Source of the DNA: Macrostomum hystrix
Lineage: Eukaryota; Animalia; Platyhelminthes
Length of the DNA stretch: 64,000 bases
NCBI GenBank assembly: GCA_950097015.1
Contig: CATNEN010000007.1
Coordinates: forward strand, 8,494,001 to 8,558,000
Direction of reading: 5' to 3'
The position numbers and the translations under genes were made by a program. Below the pieces are notes generated by a model. That model had not been told where the DNA came from. It saw only the letters and a program-made list of their open reading frames with translations, and ran no database searches. This document shows, one piece after another, positions 1-12,900 of the stretch (position 1 is the first letter of the stretch; each line of letters begins with the position of its first letter).

Positions 1-1
1 G

Positions 2-1207
2 CGGGCCAAGGAGGGCCCGGCGCCCATCCGGACGGCTGCCCGGCCCGAAGGAGAAGCGGAGGCGGAGGGCCCTGTGCCCACCGCCGACGCAGATCCCGAG
101 GGTGGGGACGCCAACGGACAGGGCCCGGGACCACAAGCTACCTACGCCGCCATCGCACGTAGGCAACCTGCCGTCATCATCACCGGCAGAGACGGGAAAA
201 GGCTGAGCAGCGAACAGCTCAGCGACATTTGCCGCAACATAGATGCTATGTTGTGGCAACTTCAACTGAAGGGCGAGCCCCTGGCGGTCGGCGCAAGCGC
301 TACCAGGGAATCGTGCTTCGTCGTCTGGCCCGGCGATGCGGAATCGGGGCGGCGGCTCCTCGAGTTGCTGCCCACGCAGAGCTGGGCGGCTGGCCTCGAG
401 TTCCTACGGGAGAACGAGCCACCAAAGACCAAGCGACACCGTATCTTCGTCCCGGCGAAAAGTGTCGTCACCAGCGCTGAGGACCTCCGCAGGGGCCTCA
501 TCGCGATGAACCGGGAGCTGCCGACAGCGGGCCTGATCGTGCACCGCACGATCCTGCGCCCCGACGGCACCGGTTTCATCGCCATTATGGGCCTGTCCAA
601 GCAATGGACACGCCGCTACCCAGATGGCGCCAACATTTGCATTGGTCTGTGGAAGACCAAAATCTTCGCCTTCGAGGCGGATAAAACCCGAGGTCAGACC
701 GGGCCCACCACCGTACCGGCCAATGAAGGGTCCTCGGACCCCAAGGCTGGGACTGGGGGCAGGGCCCAGTCGTCCCGCCAAAAAAGGCCAGAGCGTGCCA
801 TCGCTGGCAGCTCTGAGCGTCGCCCCGCGCGTGTCACAAAGCGCCGGGGCCTTCTCCAGCGGGCCTCCGAGGTGGTGCGAACCGCCAAGATGGCCCAGCT
901 GCGCGCTGAGATGCGCGGTGGCCCACCGGGGCAGGCGCCGCAACCAAGGGCTACGGGGGAGGCCTCAGAGGTGCCCAGCTCCATCGAGCAGGGCCCTTCG
1001 AGCGCCCCTCCCACGGCCCAGGGAGCGGTGTCGGCTCCAGTTGAGGGCGACTCTGGGCCTGGGCTCGGGGCCGGGGGCGGGGACTGGGCGGCTGACGCCG
1101 TCGAGTTCCCGTCTCCGGCTCGGGGCCTGGGCACGGAGGAGCCCATGGCTACCGACATCGACCCGGAGGAGGAGGACCGCCTTCTGGCTGGGTCCCCCTC
1201 CAAGTAG
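2..1207 (+). CDS. LINE ORF1 protein (5' partial)
   Basis: Frame is open from base 2 to TAG at 1205-1207, 12 nt before the ORF2 ATG. Low-complexity Pro/Gly/Ala/acidic tail; no CCHC knuckle seen. Confidence 0.75.
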   Translation, partial: RAKEGPAPIRTAARPEGEAEAEGPVPTADADPEGGDANGQGPGPQATYAAIARRQPAVIITGRDGKRLSSEQLSDICRNIDAMLWQLQLKGEPLAVGASATRESCFVVWPGDAESGRRLLELLPTQSWAAGLEFLRENEPPKTKRHRIFVPAKSVVTSAEDLRRGLIAMNRELPTAGLIVHRTILRPDGTGFIAIMGLSKQWTRRYPDGANICIGLWKTKIFAFEADKTRGQTGPTTVPANEGSSDPKAGTGGRAQSSRQKRPERAIAGSSERRPARVTKRRGLLQRASEVVRTAKMAQLRAEMRGGPPGQAPQPRATGEASEVPSSIEQGPSSAPPTAQGAVSAPVEGDSGPGLGAGGGDWAADAVEFPSPARGLGTEEPMATDIDPEEEDRLLAGSPSK

Positions 1208-1219
1208 ACCTCTGCCTGC

Positions 1220-4200
1220 ATGATGATCCCCGGAATATCATGTCTGCAAGTTAACACCCAGCACTGCGTGGCAGCATCAGTCAATCTGATGCGCACGACA
1301 GAGCGCATGATGCCGGGCCTTGTACTTGTGCAGGAGCCCTGGCTATCAAAGAACAAGCCAAGCAACATTCCTGCTGGCTATGACTGCTTCTGCATGGCAG
1401 ACTCTGTCCGCCCTAGATCACTGATCTATGCCGCAAAAGCCTTAAATGCGTGGATGAGACCCGATCTCTCTAACGGGGACATCTGCGTCATCCAATCTGC
1501 ACACATTGTGCCTAACAAGTTGACCCTCGTGGCATCCGCCTACCTGGCAGGCGACGCCCCCGTGGTTAGCGATACCCTCGTCGCCCTCTGTGAATTCGCC
1601 AGGGCACGAAACTTCGAGCTGCTCCTCGCGGGAGATGTAAACTCGCATCACACCCACTGGGGTAGCTCAAAAATCAATGACCGCGGCGAAGAGCTCCTGG
1701 CCTTCGTCAGCGGCACGCCTCTAAACTTCTGCAATGTGGGCAACACGCCCACTTTCGACAATGGGCGGTGGGCTGAGGTGCTTGACGTCACCCTGGCCTC
1801 ACCCGGCATCCTCCCAAGGATGCTGGGGTGGGAGGTGTGGGAGACCGAAAGCTCGCTCTCGGACCACCGTTTCATCCGTTTCAACATCGGCACCCCCGAT
1901 AAGAAGCAAAAGCCTATTTGGAGGCGTAATGTCAGAAATACCGACTGGCCCGCGTTCAGCCAAAAGCTGCATGAGGGCCTTCGGGATTCTGACCCCTCCA
2001 TGGCCATGGAAACCACGCAGGACCTGGATGGAGTGGCTGCCCTGCTGGGCGGCGCCATCACAGAGGCCTACGAAATGGCTTGCCCGCTCAAAGCCTACAA
2101 AGGCAAAAAATCGGCCCCCTGGTGGAACCCCGAGCTCGGAGTCCTAAGACGCCGAGCTAAGGCTCTCCAGAGGAAGCTGAAAACCTCGCACGACCCTGAT
2201 GACAAAGAGGCCTATACTCGCGCCATCCATGAGTTTAAGGGCCGGGTCAGAAGGGCAAAAGCGGACAAGTGGCGACAATACTGCGAAGGGCTTGAGGGCT
2301 CGCGGCCCACGGCCCGCGTGGTAAAGGCGCTCACCAACGACCGCTTCTCCAAGCTCTCATCGATTAAAAAGCCGGACGGCTCGATCACTGAGCGCCCGGA
2401 GGAAACGCTCGAGCTTATGCTAGGGCATTTCTTCCCGAGTGTACCGGCGCACTTCGGCCCAGACGACCACTCGCGTGGAGGTCAGGGCCTGGCTCAGTCA
2501 CTCGTTACGAATGACCGCATCGTTCGCGCGGCTAAGTCATTCAATCCTTTTAAAGCACCTGGGCCAGATGGTATATATCCGGCCTTTCTGCATGAAGCGG
2601 TTAAAAATGGCCGCTTCCTCCATCTCCTCTGCAGACTTCTACGGGCCTGCATCGTGCTGGGCTACGTACCAGCGCGGTGGCATGAAGCCCGGGTCGTCTT
2701 CATCCCGAAGCCCGCCAAAGGCGACTATCGCTCGGTCAAGTCTTATCGCCCGATAAGCTTGACTTCCACCTGCCTCAAGCTCATGGAAAGACTGGTGCTC
2801 TGGCGCCTTCTTACTGTAGAGCTAGGGCGGGCCCCGCTCTCACCAAACCAGCACGCCTTTCGGGCGGGCCGGTCCACGGAGAGCGCCCTCCACTGCATTG
2901 TGGAGACTCTCGAGAAGGCAGTGCTGGGCAGCGGTTTTGCCCTGGCTGTTTTCCTTGATATTGAGGGGGCCTTCGATAACGTTATTTTCGAAGCCTTTGA
3001 GAAGGCCCTGGTTTCCAGGGCCACTCACCCCCACCTCGTCCGTTGGGTCATGTACATGATCCGGAATCGCCACGTGGTGGCCCACCTCGAAGGCAGAGTG
3101 CTCTCGGCACCTGTCCTAAAAGGAGGGCCCCAAGGTGGCGTCCTCACCCCACTGCTGTGGAATCTCGTCATGGATGAGCTGCTAAAAAGCACTCGGCCTG
3201 ACCCAGTCCTGAAGGTGGGATATGCCGACGATGTGACCGCCATCTGCGCGGGCCCCTCGGCGGAAACCACCAGGGACCTCATTCAGGGCTTTATCAACAG
3301 GGCGGTGCGCTGGGCGGACCAATGCGGGCTCCGACTCTCTGAGTCCAAGACCGTTGCGGTTATGTTTACCAGCAGGCTGCGCTGGACCATTGAGCCTCTG
3401 ACTCTCTATGGCAAGAATATTGCCATGGAAAAGCAGGTCCGGTGCCTTGGTATCCTGCTAGACCATAGGCTTAACTGGACCCCGCACATTACCACAAAGG
3501 CCAAGAGGGCCCTGGCCATTCTGGCGCAAGTCAGGCGAGCCGTGGGCACCACTTGGGGGCTTACCCCCAAAAACCTTTGGTGGATTTACACGGCGATCAT
3601 TAGACCGTCAGTCGCTTACGCTGGCCTCATCTGGGCCAGTGCCATGAGCATCCAGAAAAACCTGGAGGCGCTTTATAGGGTGCAGGGCAGAGCCTGTCGC
3701 ATGACGCTGGGCGCCCCACCCTCCACTCCCTTTGAAGGCATGAACGCTTTCCTCAACGCTACACCCATTGACATTTTTGTTAAGGGGGAAGCGGCAAAGT
3801 CCACCCGTCGTCTCCTTGATGCGGGTGTATCCTTCCAGAATTCGCGAGCCTTCTCGAAGCGCTCCCTTCTGCCCCACTCTGACCTCTGCCTGAAAACTCT
3901 GGGCGAGTGCGGAGGGCTCACCATCCTTTCGGACGGGGCCCCGGCCACTTTACTCCGGAGCCACAGGTACAAAGTCAGCATCTTCCCTCGTAATGAGGTA
4001 AAGGACTGCTGGGATGACCCCGCAGTCCACTGTTACACTGACGGCTCCCTGATGAACGGTAAATCGGGATTCGGGGTGTGCGTCGCCTCGGGTGGCGAGG
4101 TCCTCTGGACCCACTCCCAACACTGTGGCAAGAGCTCAAGCGTTTTCCAAAACGAAATGCTCGCCATCAGTTTCTGTGCGGCTGAGCTGCGCCAGAGGCA

Positions 4201-4924
4201 GCTGGCTGGTCGGAGGATCTTTTTTCACTCCGACAGTCAAGCAGCCCTCAAGGCCCTCAGTCGCTGCACCTCTCGCTCCAGAACCACCTTGGACTGCAAC
4301 ACCCAGTTAAACGGTTTGGCGCAGTCTAACAAGGTGGAGCTGATGTGGATCCCTGGGCACGCCGGGCTCACAGGGAATGAGATGGCGGACGAGCTTGCAA
4401 AGGCTGGAGCAGCCAGCTCCCTGATGGGCCCGGGCCCGGAATCCCCGATCCCCGCCTCCGTTGTCAACTCCAGCATCAACCACTGGATGGAGACCCAGCA
4501 CCGGAGGAGGTGGTCCAGCACCCTGAACTGTCGCCAGTCCAGGGCTGCGGTGCCAACCCCCTCTAGTAACCTGCGTAAGGCCTTACTCAGGCTAAACCGC
4601 AGAGACCTGAGAGCAGTCACCATGGCCCTTTCGGGACATGGCTGCTTCACCAGACACCGCTACCTCCAAGGCCACGTGCCTGAGGAAACGTGTCCTTTCT
4701 GCTGCTCCGGCCGTGAAAACGCCGAGCATTTCATTTGCCACTGCCCGGCCTTCACCCGGGCTAGGCTAAAACACCTCGGGCCGGCACCGACTCTTGCCGA
4801 AGCCTGCTCGCCCGAGAACATCCCTCAGCTCGCCCACTTCCTCCGGGATACCGGCCGAGCTGATTTCTTCCCAGCCTATGGCGAGGAAGATCGCGCGGCG
4901 GAACCGACCGACGGACCACCCTGA
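1220..4924 (+). CDS. LINE ORF2: AP endonuclease, reverse transcriptase, RNase H, C-terminal Zn knuckle (1234 aa)
   Basis: APE motifs LVQEPW, GDVNSHH, LDVT, SDHRFI. RT motifs [34 protein letters not shown]. RNase H motifs [39 protein letters not shown] knuckle. Confidence 0.97.
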   Translation: MMIPGISCLQVNTQHCVAASVNLMRTTERMMPGLVLVQEPWLSKNKPSNIPAGYDCFCMADSVRPRSLIYAAKALNAWMRPDLSNGDICVIQSAHIVPNKLTLVASAYLAGDAPVVSDTLVALCEFARARNFELLLAGDVNSHHTHWGSSKINDRGEELLAFVSGTPLNFCNVGNTPTFDNGRWAEVLDVTLASPGILPRMLGWEVWETESSLSDHRFIRFNIGTPDKKQKPIWRRNVRNTDWPAFSQKLHEGLRDSDPSMAMETTQDLDGVAALLGGAITEAYEMACPLKAYKGKKSAPWWNPELGVLRRRAKALQRKLKTSHDPDDKEAYTRAIHEFKGRVRRAKADKWRQYCEGLEGSRPTARVVKALTNDRFSKLSSIKKPDGSITERPEETLELMLGHFFPSVPAHFGPDDHSRGGQGLAQSLVTNDRIVRAAKSFNPFKAPGPDGIYPAFLHEAVKNGRFLHLLCRLLRACIVLGYVPARWHEARVVFIPKPAKGDYRSVKSYRPISLTSTCLKLMERLVLWRLLTVELGRAPLSPNQHAFRAGRSTESALHCIVETLEKAVLGSGFALAVFLDIEGAFDNVIFEAFEKALVSRATHPHLVRWVMYMIRNRHVVAHLEGRVLSAPVLKGGPQGGVLTPLLWNLVMDELLKSTRPDPVLKVGYADDVTAICAGPSAETTRDLIQGFINRAVRWADQCGLRLSESKTVAVMFTSRLRWTIEPLTLYGKNIAMEKQVRCLGILLDHRLNWTPHITTKAKRALAILAQVRRAVGTTWGLTPKNLWWIYTAIIRPSVAYAGLIWASAMSIQKNLEALYRVQGRACRMTLGAPPSTPFEGMNAFLNATPIDIFVKGEAAKSTRRLLDAGVSFQNSRAFSKRSLLPHSDLCLKTLGECGGLTILSDGAPATLLRSHRYKVSIFPRNEVKDCWDDPAVHCYTDGSLMNGKSGFGVCVASGGEVLWTHSQHCGKSSSVFQNEMLAISFCAAELRQRQLAGRRIFFHSDSQAALKALSRCTSRSRTTLDCNTQLNGLAQSNKVELMWIPGHAGLTGNEMADELAKAGAASSLMGPGPESPIPASVVNSSINHWMETQHRRRWSSTLNCRQSRAAVPTPSSNLRKALLRLNRRDLRAVTMALSGHGCFTRHRYLQGHVPEETCPFCCSGRENAEHFICHCPAFTRARLKHLGPAPTLAEACSPENIPQLAHFLRDTGRADFFPAYGEEDRAAEPTDGPP

Positions 4925-5044
4925 GCGGCACCGCCTCGCTGGAGGCCGTCTGGCTGCCAGGGGTTAGCGATATGGGCGGCAACAGCCGCCTCCTCGCTGC
5001 GTCCGTCATGGAGGCCCCCTGCCGCTAAGTCAAGTAAGTCAAGT

Positions 5045-5201
5045 GGAGGTTGGCCCTCATGGGCGCGTCAATTGCACGACAAGCCACCAAACCTTCTCTC
5101 TGCAACTGCACCCTAAATGAATGTGGCCTCGCCATGGAATCGAGCTCAGGGACCTTGGTGCAAGAGGCAAACGCGTCAGACCGCTCTGCCACTCACCCCC
5201 C
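5045..5201 (-). mobile_element. tRNA-derived SINE family A, 5' part, cut by the LINE
   Basis: Minus strand begins GGGGGTGAGTGGCAGAGCGG (A box) followed by GAGCTCGATTCC (B-box-like). Aligns by eye with copies at 15.7, 18.9, 48.6 and 54.8 kb. Confidence 0.8.
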
Positions 5202-5449
5202 TTATATATTTGGCACCATTGAAGGAACTTAAATGCCCCAATGCACTTATAGCCATAACTGTTTCTTGATCACTAGGATTATAAATATATACAGGTTACA
5301 GGTAATATTCACTTTTTGTTGTCGGCACAACAGTTATTTCATTCTTAATCTGTTTTTGTCAGTCACTTTTGATCAGCATAATTGTTTGATATCAAGCTGC
5401 GAGCGTATTGTGAAGCAAGGAGAATCGGCTTTAAAGGAATCTACCCTAA

Positions 5450-5855
5450 GAGATAATCGCTCCAAGGGAATCGCAGCAGAGTCGAAACAATGGATTTGCC
5501 CCAAGAGAATCGCCTCTTCGGAATCGCCGAAGGGGTATTGTCCCGAGAGAATCGCCACAACGGAATCGCCACAAGATAATCGCCTCAAGAGAATCGCCTC
5601 AAGAGAATCGCCTCAAGAGAATCGCCTCAAGAGAATCGCCTCAAGAGAATCGCCTCAAGAGAATCGCCTCAAGAGAATCGCCTCAAGAGAATCGCCTCAA
5701 GAGAATCGCCTCAAGAGAATCGCCTCAAGAGAATCGCCTCAAGAGAATCGCCTCAAGAGAATCGCCTCAAGGAAATCGCCTCAAGAGAATCGCCTCAATG
5801 GAATCGCCTTAAGGGAATCGCCTCAAGAGAATCGCCACGGGAGAATCGCTCAAGA
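5450..5855. repeat. 14-bp minisatellite (TCAAGAGAATCGCC)n with degenerate flanks
   Basis: Perfect core from about 5578 to 5770; degenerate units on both sides. Confidence 0.95.
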
Positions 5856-6998
5856 AAATGGCCTCAGCCGAACTAAGAAGGTTCCACCTGTTTTTATTTC
5901 AATCTGGCCTGCAGCTATTTGCATAATCTTCGCACAGACAATAATCTCATCAAGGAAATTCAGCCTCAGGATGGTGGAGTGCTCTAGGCTGGGTGGCGCA
6001 GATAGAGATTTGACATCGGTAGCTGTTCCGTGCAGCTCTGCCGCTTGCGTGCCGCGCAGCCAGTTTCCCCATCGGTGCATTCGGCAAGCGGCTGCTGCTG
6101 TTGATCCCTGCAGCCCACTTGTCTGATGTCTGGAATAGCTAACCAGCATCCCGCCCCATCGCCCAGAGACATTGCTGCGAACTGGGATGACAGCCCGGAA
6201 TTGAAAGTGAATCGAGCGAATTGAGTCTATTTTTTCCATTGATGTACTCAAATTATAGAATTTCAGCTCGGGTGAAGCTAATCAAATATGATTTATCGTT
6301 CCGTTTTTTCAAATGTAACTTCAGACCTCTTCCGTCCTATTTGGAAATTTGCTGCCCTAAAGTCCAGCTTACGCTGGCCACTACGGTTTGGTTAGTGAGT
6401 TTCGTGCCACCAGGTGCTTGAATGAATCCAATCACGCGCATCCAGGGCCGTTAAATTGCCTCGAGATTCTGAGATTTCTGAGATTTCACACCCGTGTTTG
6501 GCCACAGAATTGTAATATGTTCTCCAAGCCACTGAAAATGCAATTTCTGCCGTCATATTAGGGAGCAGATGAGTTACAGAGTCTCGGAGTCGATCAAGAG
6601 GCGAAATTTCCTCTTTCTAGCCCACCTAGGCAATCAGCCGGGGACTGGGATCCCATCCCATATTTGGTCGGGAATGAAATGTGGGTGTTTAGAGGAAAAA
6701 GGGAGGGACGCAGCTCAATGTGGGGTGGCGGCGGTATCGTTGGGGAAGCTGGGTTGATCAGGGCAGCTCAAATCCCATTCTGCTGGTCTCGGATCCCTCG
6801 CCAAGCTCGCAGGCCAATGGGGAAGGAAGCTTAATGCAGAACCAATCGCAGCGCCTCGCTCACAAGTCCTTGGCAGGATGAAAATCGCTGCGCTCGACTG
6901 TTTTCAGAGCGCCGCTTGTTTTCAAATTGACACGACGTAAGAAGGCTTTCAGACAAGGCGAATATCCGAAACAGCTAATCCACAGCCACCCGTCAGGT

Positions 6999-9900
6999 AT
7001 GCAGGCCAGCACTGCGACTTCCACTGAGCTCACAACCGAAGGAGCGCCTGCGAATGCGAGCACGACTCAAGACGCGAATGTGAGTCCAATTAATATTCTC
7101 ATTGTCATGCCGAGTAGTGTAGCAACAAGCTCATTGTCCGTGCCATACCGAGTAGTGTAGCAACAAGCTCATTGTCCGTGCCATACCGAGTAGTGTAGCA
7201 ACAAGCTCATTGTCCGTGCCATACCGAGTAGTGTTGCAACAAGCTCATTGTCCGTGCCATACCGAGTAGTGTTGCAACAAGCTCATTGTCTGTGCCATAC
7301 CTAGCAGTGTTGCAGCAAGCTCATTGTCTGTGCCATACCGAGTAGTGTTGCAGCAAGCTCATTGTCTGTGCCATACCGAGTAGTGTTGCAGCAAGCTCAT
7401 TGTCTGTGCCATACCTAGCAGTGTTGCAGCAAGCTCATTGTCTGTGCCATACCGAGTAGTGTTGCAGCAAGCTCATTGTCCGTGCCATACCGAGTAGTGT
7501 TGCAACAAGCTCATTGTCTGTGCCATACCTAGCAGTGTTGCAGCAAGCTCATTGTCTGTGCCATACCGAGTAGTGTTGCAGCAAGCTCATTGTCTGTGCC
7601 ATACCGAGTAGTGTTGCAGCAAGCTCATTGTCTGTGCCATACCGAGTAGTGTTGCAGCAAGCTCATTGTCTGTGCCATACCTAGTAGTGTTTTAACAAGC
7701 TCATTGTCTGTGCCATACCGAGTAGTGTTGCAACAAGCTCATTGTCTGTGCCATACCTAGCAGTGTTGCAGCAAGCTCATTGTCTGTGCCATACCTAGTA
7801 GTGTTTTAACAAGCTCATTGTCTGTGCCATACCGAGTAGTGTTGCAGCAAGCTCATTGTCTGTGCCATACCTAGTAGTGTTGCAGCAAGCTCATTGTCTG
7901 TGCCATACCGAGTAGTGTTGCAGCAAGCTCATTGTCTGTGCCAGTCAGTTTTCGGTTCTTTTCCAGAAGCCTGTTGACTTTCAGCTTAGTCTCGCATCGA
8001 TCAAGTTGATTTTTTGTCGCGCCGTCATCCCAGATGATGGCCCACATGCGTCAGCGCGAAGTACGCAAGCTGGCAGGGCGAGTCAATTTGGCAAATTGCT
8101 GCCTCAAATCGACGGCTGCCTCTGCCGAGGTACCTGTATTGCGGACCGGGTGGAGACAGAGTGCTTTTTAATGTGCAGCTTAGCGATTTGCAATTTAATT
8201 TTTTCAGCGCCCACCGGTAGAGCAATATCCACCACCCTGAGCTTGGGGCTGCGCCAGCTAAAGCCACTACTGACTCAAACACTCCATCCTATACCGCTGC
8301 TTATACCACTGCTGCTTGCCTGAAGTGCTTAAGGTAGACCGTGTTGTGTGCGTGTGTTGAGCAGAACTCAAACTAGCTTCTGCCATGCAGCGGGCGGACT
8401 CCATCATCTTTCGCAGCCTCCGTTCTCCTCCCTTCCGGTTGCCGCCGCCAACTTTCCCAGCCGATCCCGCATCATAGCCAGCCTTGCACTTCCAGACTGC
8501 CCCCGCGCCTGCTCACCGCAGCGCAGCTTCTCACTCGGCTCCTCTTAATTTCGCACATTTCTGCCGGCCGCCACCACACGGCCTACAGTTCAGTTCTGCT
8601 CAATCGACGAGATTTCCTTTGCCGCTCGGGTTTCATTTCGCATCAACTTTTTGCCTCTCACCGTCTCCGGCGCGCCCGCAGCTTGTCAGTCTCGGATCAG
8701 TTCCCTGAACTTGAATTTTGGTCGGGGTGGAGCCTCCGAGCAGCTCACGGCGGCAGTTGAGGATCTGCCCGATCGAATCAGCGGCACAAAAGCCGGCCAG
8801 ATTAATCGGAAAATGAACTTTGCTCTCCGCCCCCTCCCGCGCAGCCGCGCAACTCCCGCGAGCCTCCAGTCATCGGGCTGGAAAAAATGGAATTGCTGGA
8901 CTCGCGGCGAGGAGAGGCGCACTTAATGCGGACTGGGCAATGCAATATTGCTTAAACCGAAAGCCTTGACAGAGAGCTTGGCTGCTTGCCCACCAAAAGT
9001 ACAATTTGATAGGTCTATCGGTACATACGTCAATTTAGAATTTCAATTTGAGGTACTTTAGGCGGCTCTGCTTCGTCTCTAGACCCAGTCATCTTGGTTT
9101 GTGATTCCTAGTATTTTGAGTCTTCACCCGTCTCGATCTAGGACTTGCAGTCCAGTAATAAGTCAGCACCAATGAGATAAGTGAGGTTCACAATCCAACC
9201 TTCGAGTTGGTCCCAGATGTAAGGAGGGTAGAGCTGAGAATCCATCTGATAGTGTGAGGACAAAGAAGCGAAATGTGAAGTAGGCTCCGAATAAGGACTA
9301 CTAAGGTAGCTAACTAGTAACCACTAGTGGTCTTTGTCGATTATATTTGGTACTCAGTGGTGACCATGCACAGGGCTCGTGATAGGCGCAGATGTACATT
9401 AGACATTCATGTATATCAACGCACACAACGCTATAACTCAGGGCATACAACTAACACGACTGAAAGAATGAGCGCCTACCCTATAGTGACTCGCGTCAGA
9501 GCTGCCTGCACACTCGCGAACTCCAGGGCCTCGCAATCAGAGCTTGAATGTCTGCAGCGAGAAAGGCGGCTTACCGAACTGACACATCGATGACGGGCCG
9601 TTGATTGCTTTGGCCGCTGGAAAACCAAGCCCCTTGCGCGGCAACTTCTTTTTCCTGGAAATCGACTTGTTTGTTGACCCAGGCCACTTTTTTCTGGCCC
9701 ATGTTCCGGCCCTTTGGCAGCCTCGTTCTATTTTAATCCAGATCTTGCTCTGCGATTCTTGGCTCATCACTGACAGAACTGATGCCACACTAAATATCAA
9801 ATACCTGCGTGATTGTGTACCTGCATGCGTGCGTGTCTGTGATTAGCGGAATGTGCGTGCAAAATTGCCTCCTCGCTGGCTTTGGGTCGCCAAAATGATG

Positions 9901-12900
9901 CAACATAAAACATAGCACATGCAAAGCAACAGTTTTTGAATCTTGTTAAAAACTGCAGCAATTAGTTGTATACCACGAATCGATTTGGTGCTGCCAGTCA
10001 TTCTCACTGCCAAACCGCACCGTCACAACCAACTCTCCAGCAGCTGAACCAGCTGGGCTACTTCCTGTCGCTGTCGCTGAACCTGGTGCTCATTGTGGCC
10101 GGCAACGCCGCCCTGCTTGTGAGCGTCGCCAGGCGTCAGAAATGCCGCATGACCTGCTTCATCACCAACCTGGGCGTGGCGGGTGAGCTGGGGTCATTGA
10201 GCTCGGTCAGATGTGGCTGGTGGTGGTGTGGCTGGTTGGCTACAGGACTTCCAAGCGGAGCTGGACTGTTGTCCGACTATTGCACTTTAAGAAGGCACAA
10301 TTTTCACAAAGTCATTCAATATGAGAATGTCATTTCACATTGCTAACTCTAAGCTTAGACACTGGCTTAAAACTTACCTTTTGATTTTATGAAACGATGC
10401 TCTGCGATCTAGCAGGCCAAGCTGTCACAGGCACGGATGCTAGCAGGCCAAGCTGTCACAGGCACGGATGCTAGCAGGCCAAGCTGTCACAGGCACGGAT
10501 GCTAGCAGGCCAAGCTGTCACAGGCACGGATGCTAGCAGGCCAAGCTGTCACAGGCACGGATGCTAGCAGGCCAAGCTGTCACAGGCACGGATGCTAGCA
10601 GGCCAAGCTGTCACAGGCACGGATGCTAGCAGGCCAAGCTGTCACAGGCACGGATGCTAGCAGGCCAAGCTGTCACAGGCACGGATGCTAGCAGGCCAAG
10701 CTGTCACAGGCACGGATGCTAGCAGGCCAAGCTGTCACAGTCACTGCCTAAGTGCCAGAGATCTCCAAAGCCAAAGCGTATTTTCAGTATAGCTCGGAAA
10801 CAATAGACTGATTTGAATAAAAATATATTCGTTTTACCCCTTTCAGAAAACCCAATGAATGGCGACTAAAATGACTTAAATGCGGGTCGGCAATTTTCTA
10901 AAATGCTTTCGATCTGGTTATTGCTGCCCTTTTATTCTAAACGACACGTGAATATCGCAGTCTGCTTCAGCCCAGACCATGAACAATGACTTGCCTGAAA
11001 ACCATATTTGAGCATGAATCGGGTATACTGAATGGGACACAAATAATATTATAGTCAGGGGAATTTAAGAACTGGATGCGAATTCAGATTCAATTCCAGT
11101 TTTGAGCTTGAACATCGGCTCACCTGGTCCGGGTTCATTGGATTCATAAATATTTGTCATAGGCGCACCCGACCTCCCTACTCAAACAGACTCTTAATTA
11201 GTTCCTTTTTCAAAATTAGAGAGTAGGCCACTGTACTCAGCATTTTAATGAATCAGAGAGTCAGATATCCTAATTAGGCCACTAAGGGAGAAATGACTTT
11301 TTCAATCGCAGAAAGTTACTTTGGAAAATCCTGCAACACCGGCCTTTAAAATGTGATTGACACGGTCGCCTGGTCTCCGGGGCACGTGCTTTCGCTTCTT
11401 GACTTCATTTTTTTTCTTGCGTGCCCGCTAACTCTCTCATCATCTTCTTTGGGTCCATAGATTTCAATCTCCGTTGTCAATAGATAAATTGCGCACGTCA
11501 CATTAGGTGCTATTTTCTGCTTAATCTGAAGCGAATTTAAAGTTATTTGATTCCCGAAAGAGACTAAAACACACTTAAAAGCAAAAGGTTATAAGAATGG
11601 AATATTAAAATATATTGACAAATTTAAGTTAAAGATTGATAGCCAGATGTACAGTACACCATCCATAAGATGTGTACAGGTGTTCAGTCCGTGGACTGGG
11701 GAGGCCGCCATTCCATTCGAATTTCTCAATCGCGCCGACCCAACCCCTCTTGCTCTGTTGCTACCCAGGAATCCAGGTCACATTGCGAGTTGTCTGTCGC
11801 GCAGCATTCTAAGCAGACAAACTTTCACCCCACCTAACCTAGCTGGGCGGCTCATTGCATCACAATGGTACAACAGAACAAAGGCAGCGGAGATAATGGA
11901 TGAAAATTCTCTTTCTAGCCACCCTTTGAAGTGAGCCGCCAACAAGTAAAAGTACAACCATTAGCGCCGAGTTGGCGGTCAATATTATCAAGCTCTGCAT
12001 GAAGACAACATTATCTACTTCGATAGGCAAATAAAGCATTTTAAGTTCCCTTTAAAGAAGGCCAGTCCAGAAGCACTTGACGCTCAGACATCGGGCGCTA
12101 ATGTACTGGGCATGAATAATTCTCACTGGCTGCAGAAACGTAAAAAAAACATTTCCGCATTTCCCACTTTGATTAAATCCGCCGGGATCCTCTTGTTTTC
12201 GTCGGCCACTTCAAAAGTAGAAAGAGAAATAGTCTCGGTTGGCTTTGGTAGACCGCGGCCGCCTCAGAAGGACAGCCGAGGCGGACTCCGTAGCCCCACA
12301 GAAGCAGGGCCAAATCGAATTTGCCTGCATGACTTCGGGAAAAAATTGGATTATGCCCCGGCCGAGAGCAGCGCAACATTTCTTGGAAAGTTGCAGTGGG
12401 ACTCCCAGTTCAGACTAACTGCCAAATGGTGGCGCATTACCATAGACAATCCAGTTCAACGCACTGGCAGGGTCACTGCGAAGGTTTTGCAATGGATCTC
12501 AACCGTAGACAATGCCATCTGGAAGTTTGATACAACAGCCGGCCTTTGTAAAGCAGTCTTAATTTCAAAGCTAATCATTCTTTAGTTTAGAAAAATGGAT
12601 CCCCTACCCACAGACCTCATGGTCGGCCTATTCCTGGTGCTGCCGCAGATTATTGAGAGACTGATGGTGCAGTTCTACGGGCCTGAGTTTCTCTGCAAGA
12701 TGAAATTCTTTTCTCAGGTAAGTTTGCTAACACATTTGCTGTACTCTTGGCAGCTCCATCAGGCAGACAAATTGCCTGGACCAGTTGAATTGTACAAGCC
12801 TTTTTGCGGACCAATCAGGTCAAGACCAGTGTGACATCCCAGTGACATCCTGGTGTCTAGAGACATCCCAGTGTCTAGTGACATCCCAGTGTCTAGTGAC

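Larger units (their letters stand above)
1..5044 (+). mobile_element. Non-LTR retrotransposon (APE-RT-RNase H type, LOA/R1-like), 5' end outside window, apparently intact
   Basis: Two consecutive stop-free ORFs, a ~120-bp 3' UTR and a short tandem tail TAAGTCAAG-TAAGTCAAGT ending at 5044. GC-rich relative to the flank. Confidence 0.93.

Noticed and set aside
5233-6126. 297-aa ORF with ENRLKRIASRESPQ repeats
   Set aside because: Produced by a 14-bp DNA repeat that lacks stops; the flanks are not protein-like.
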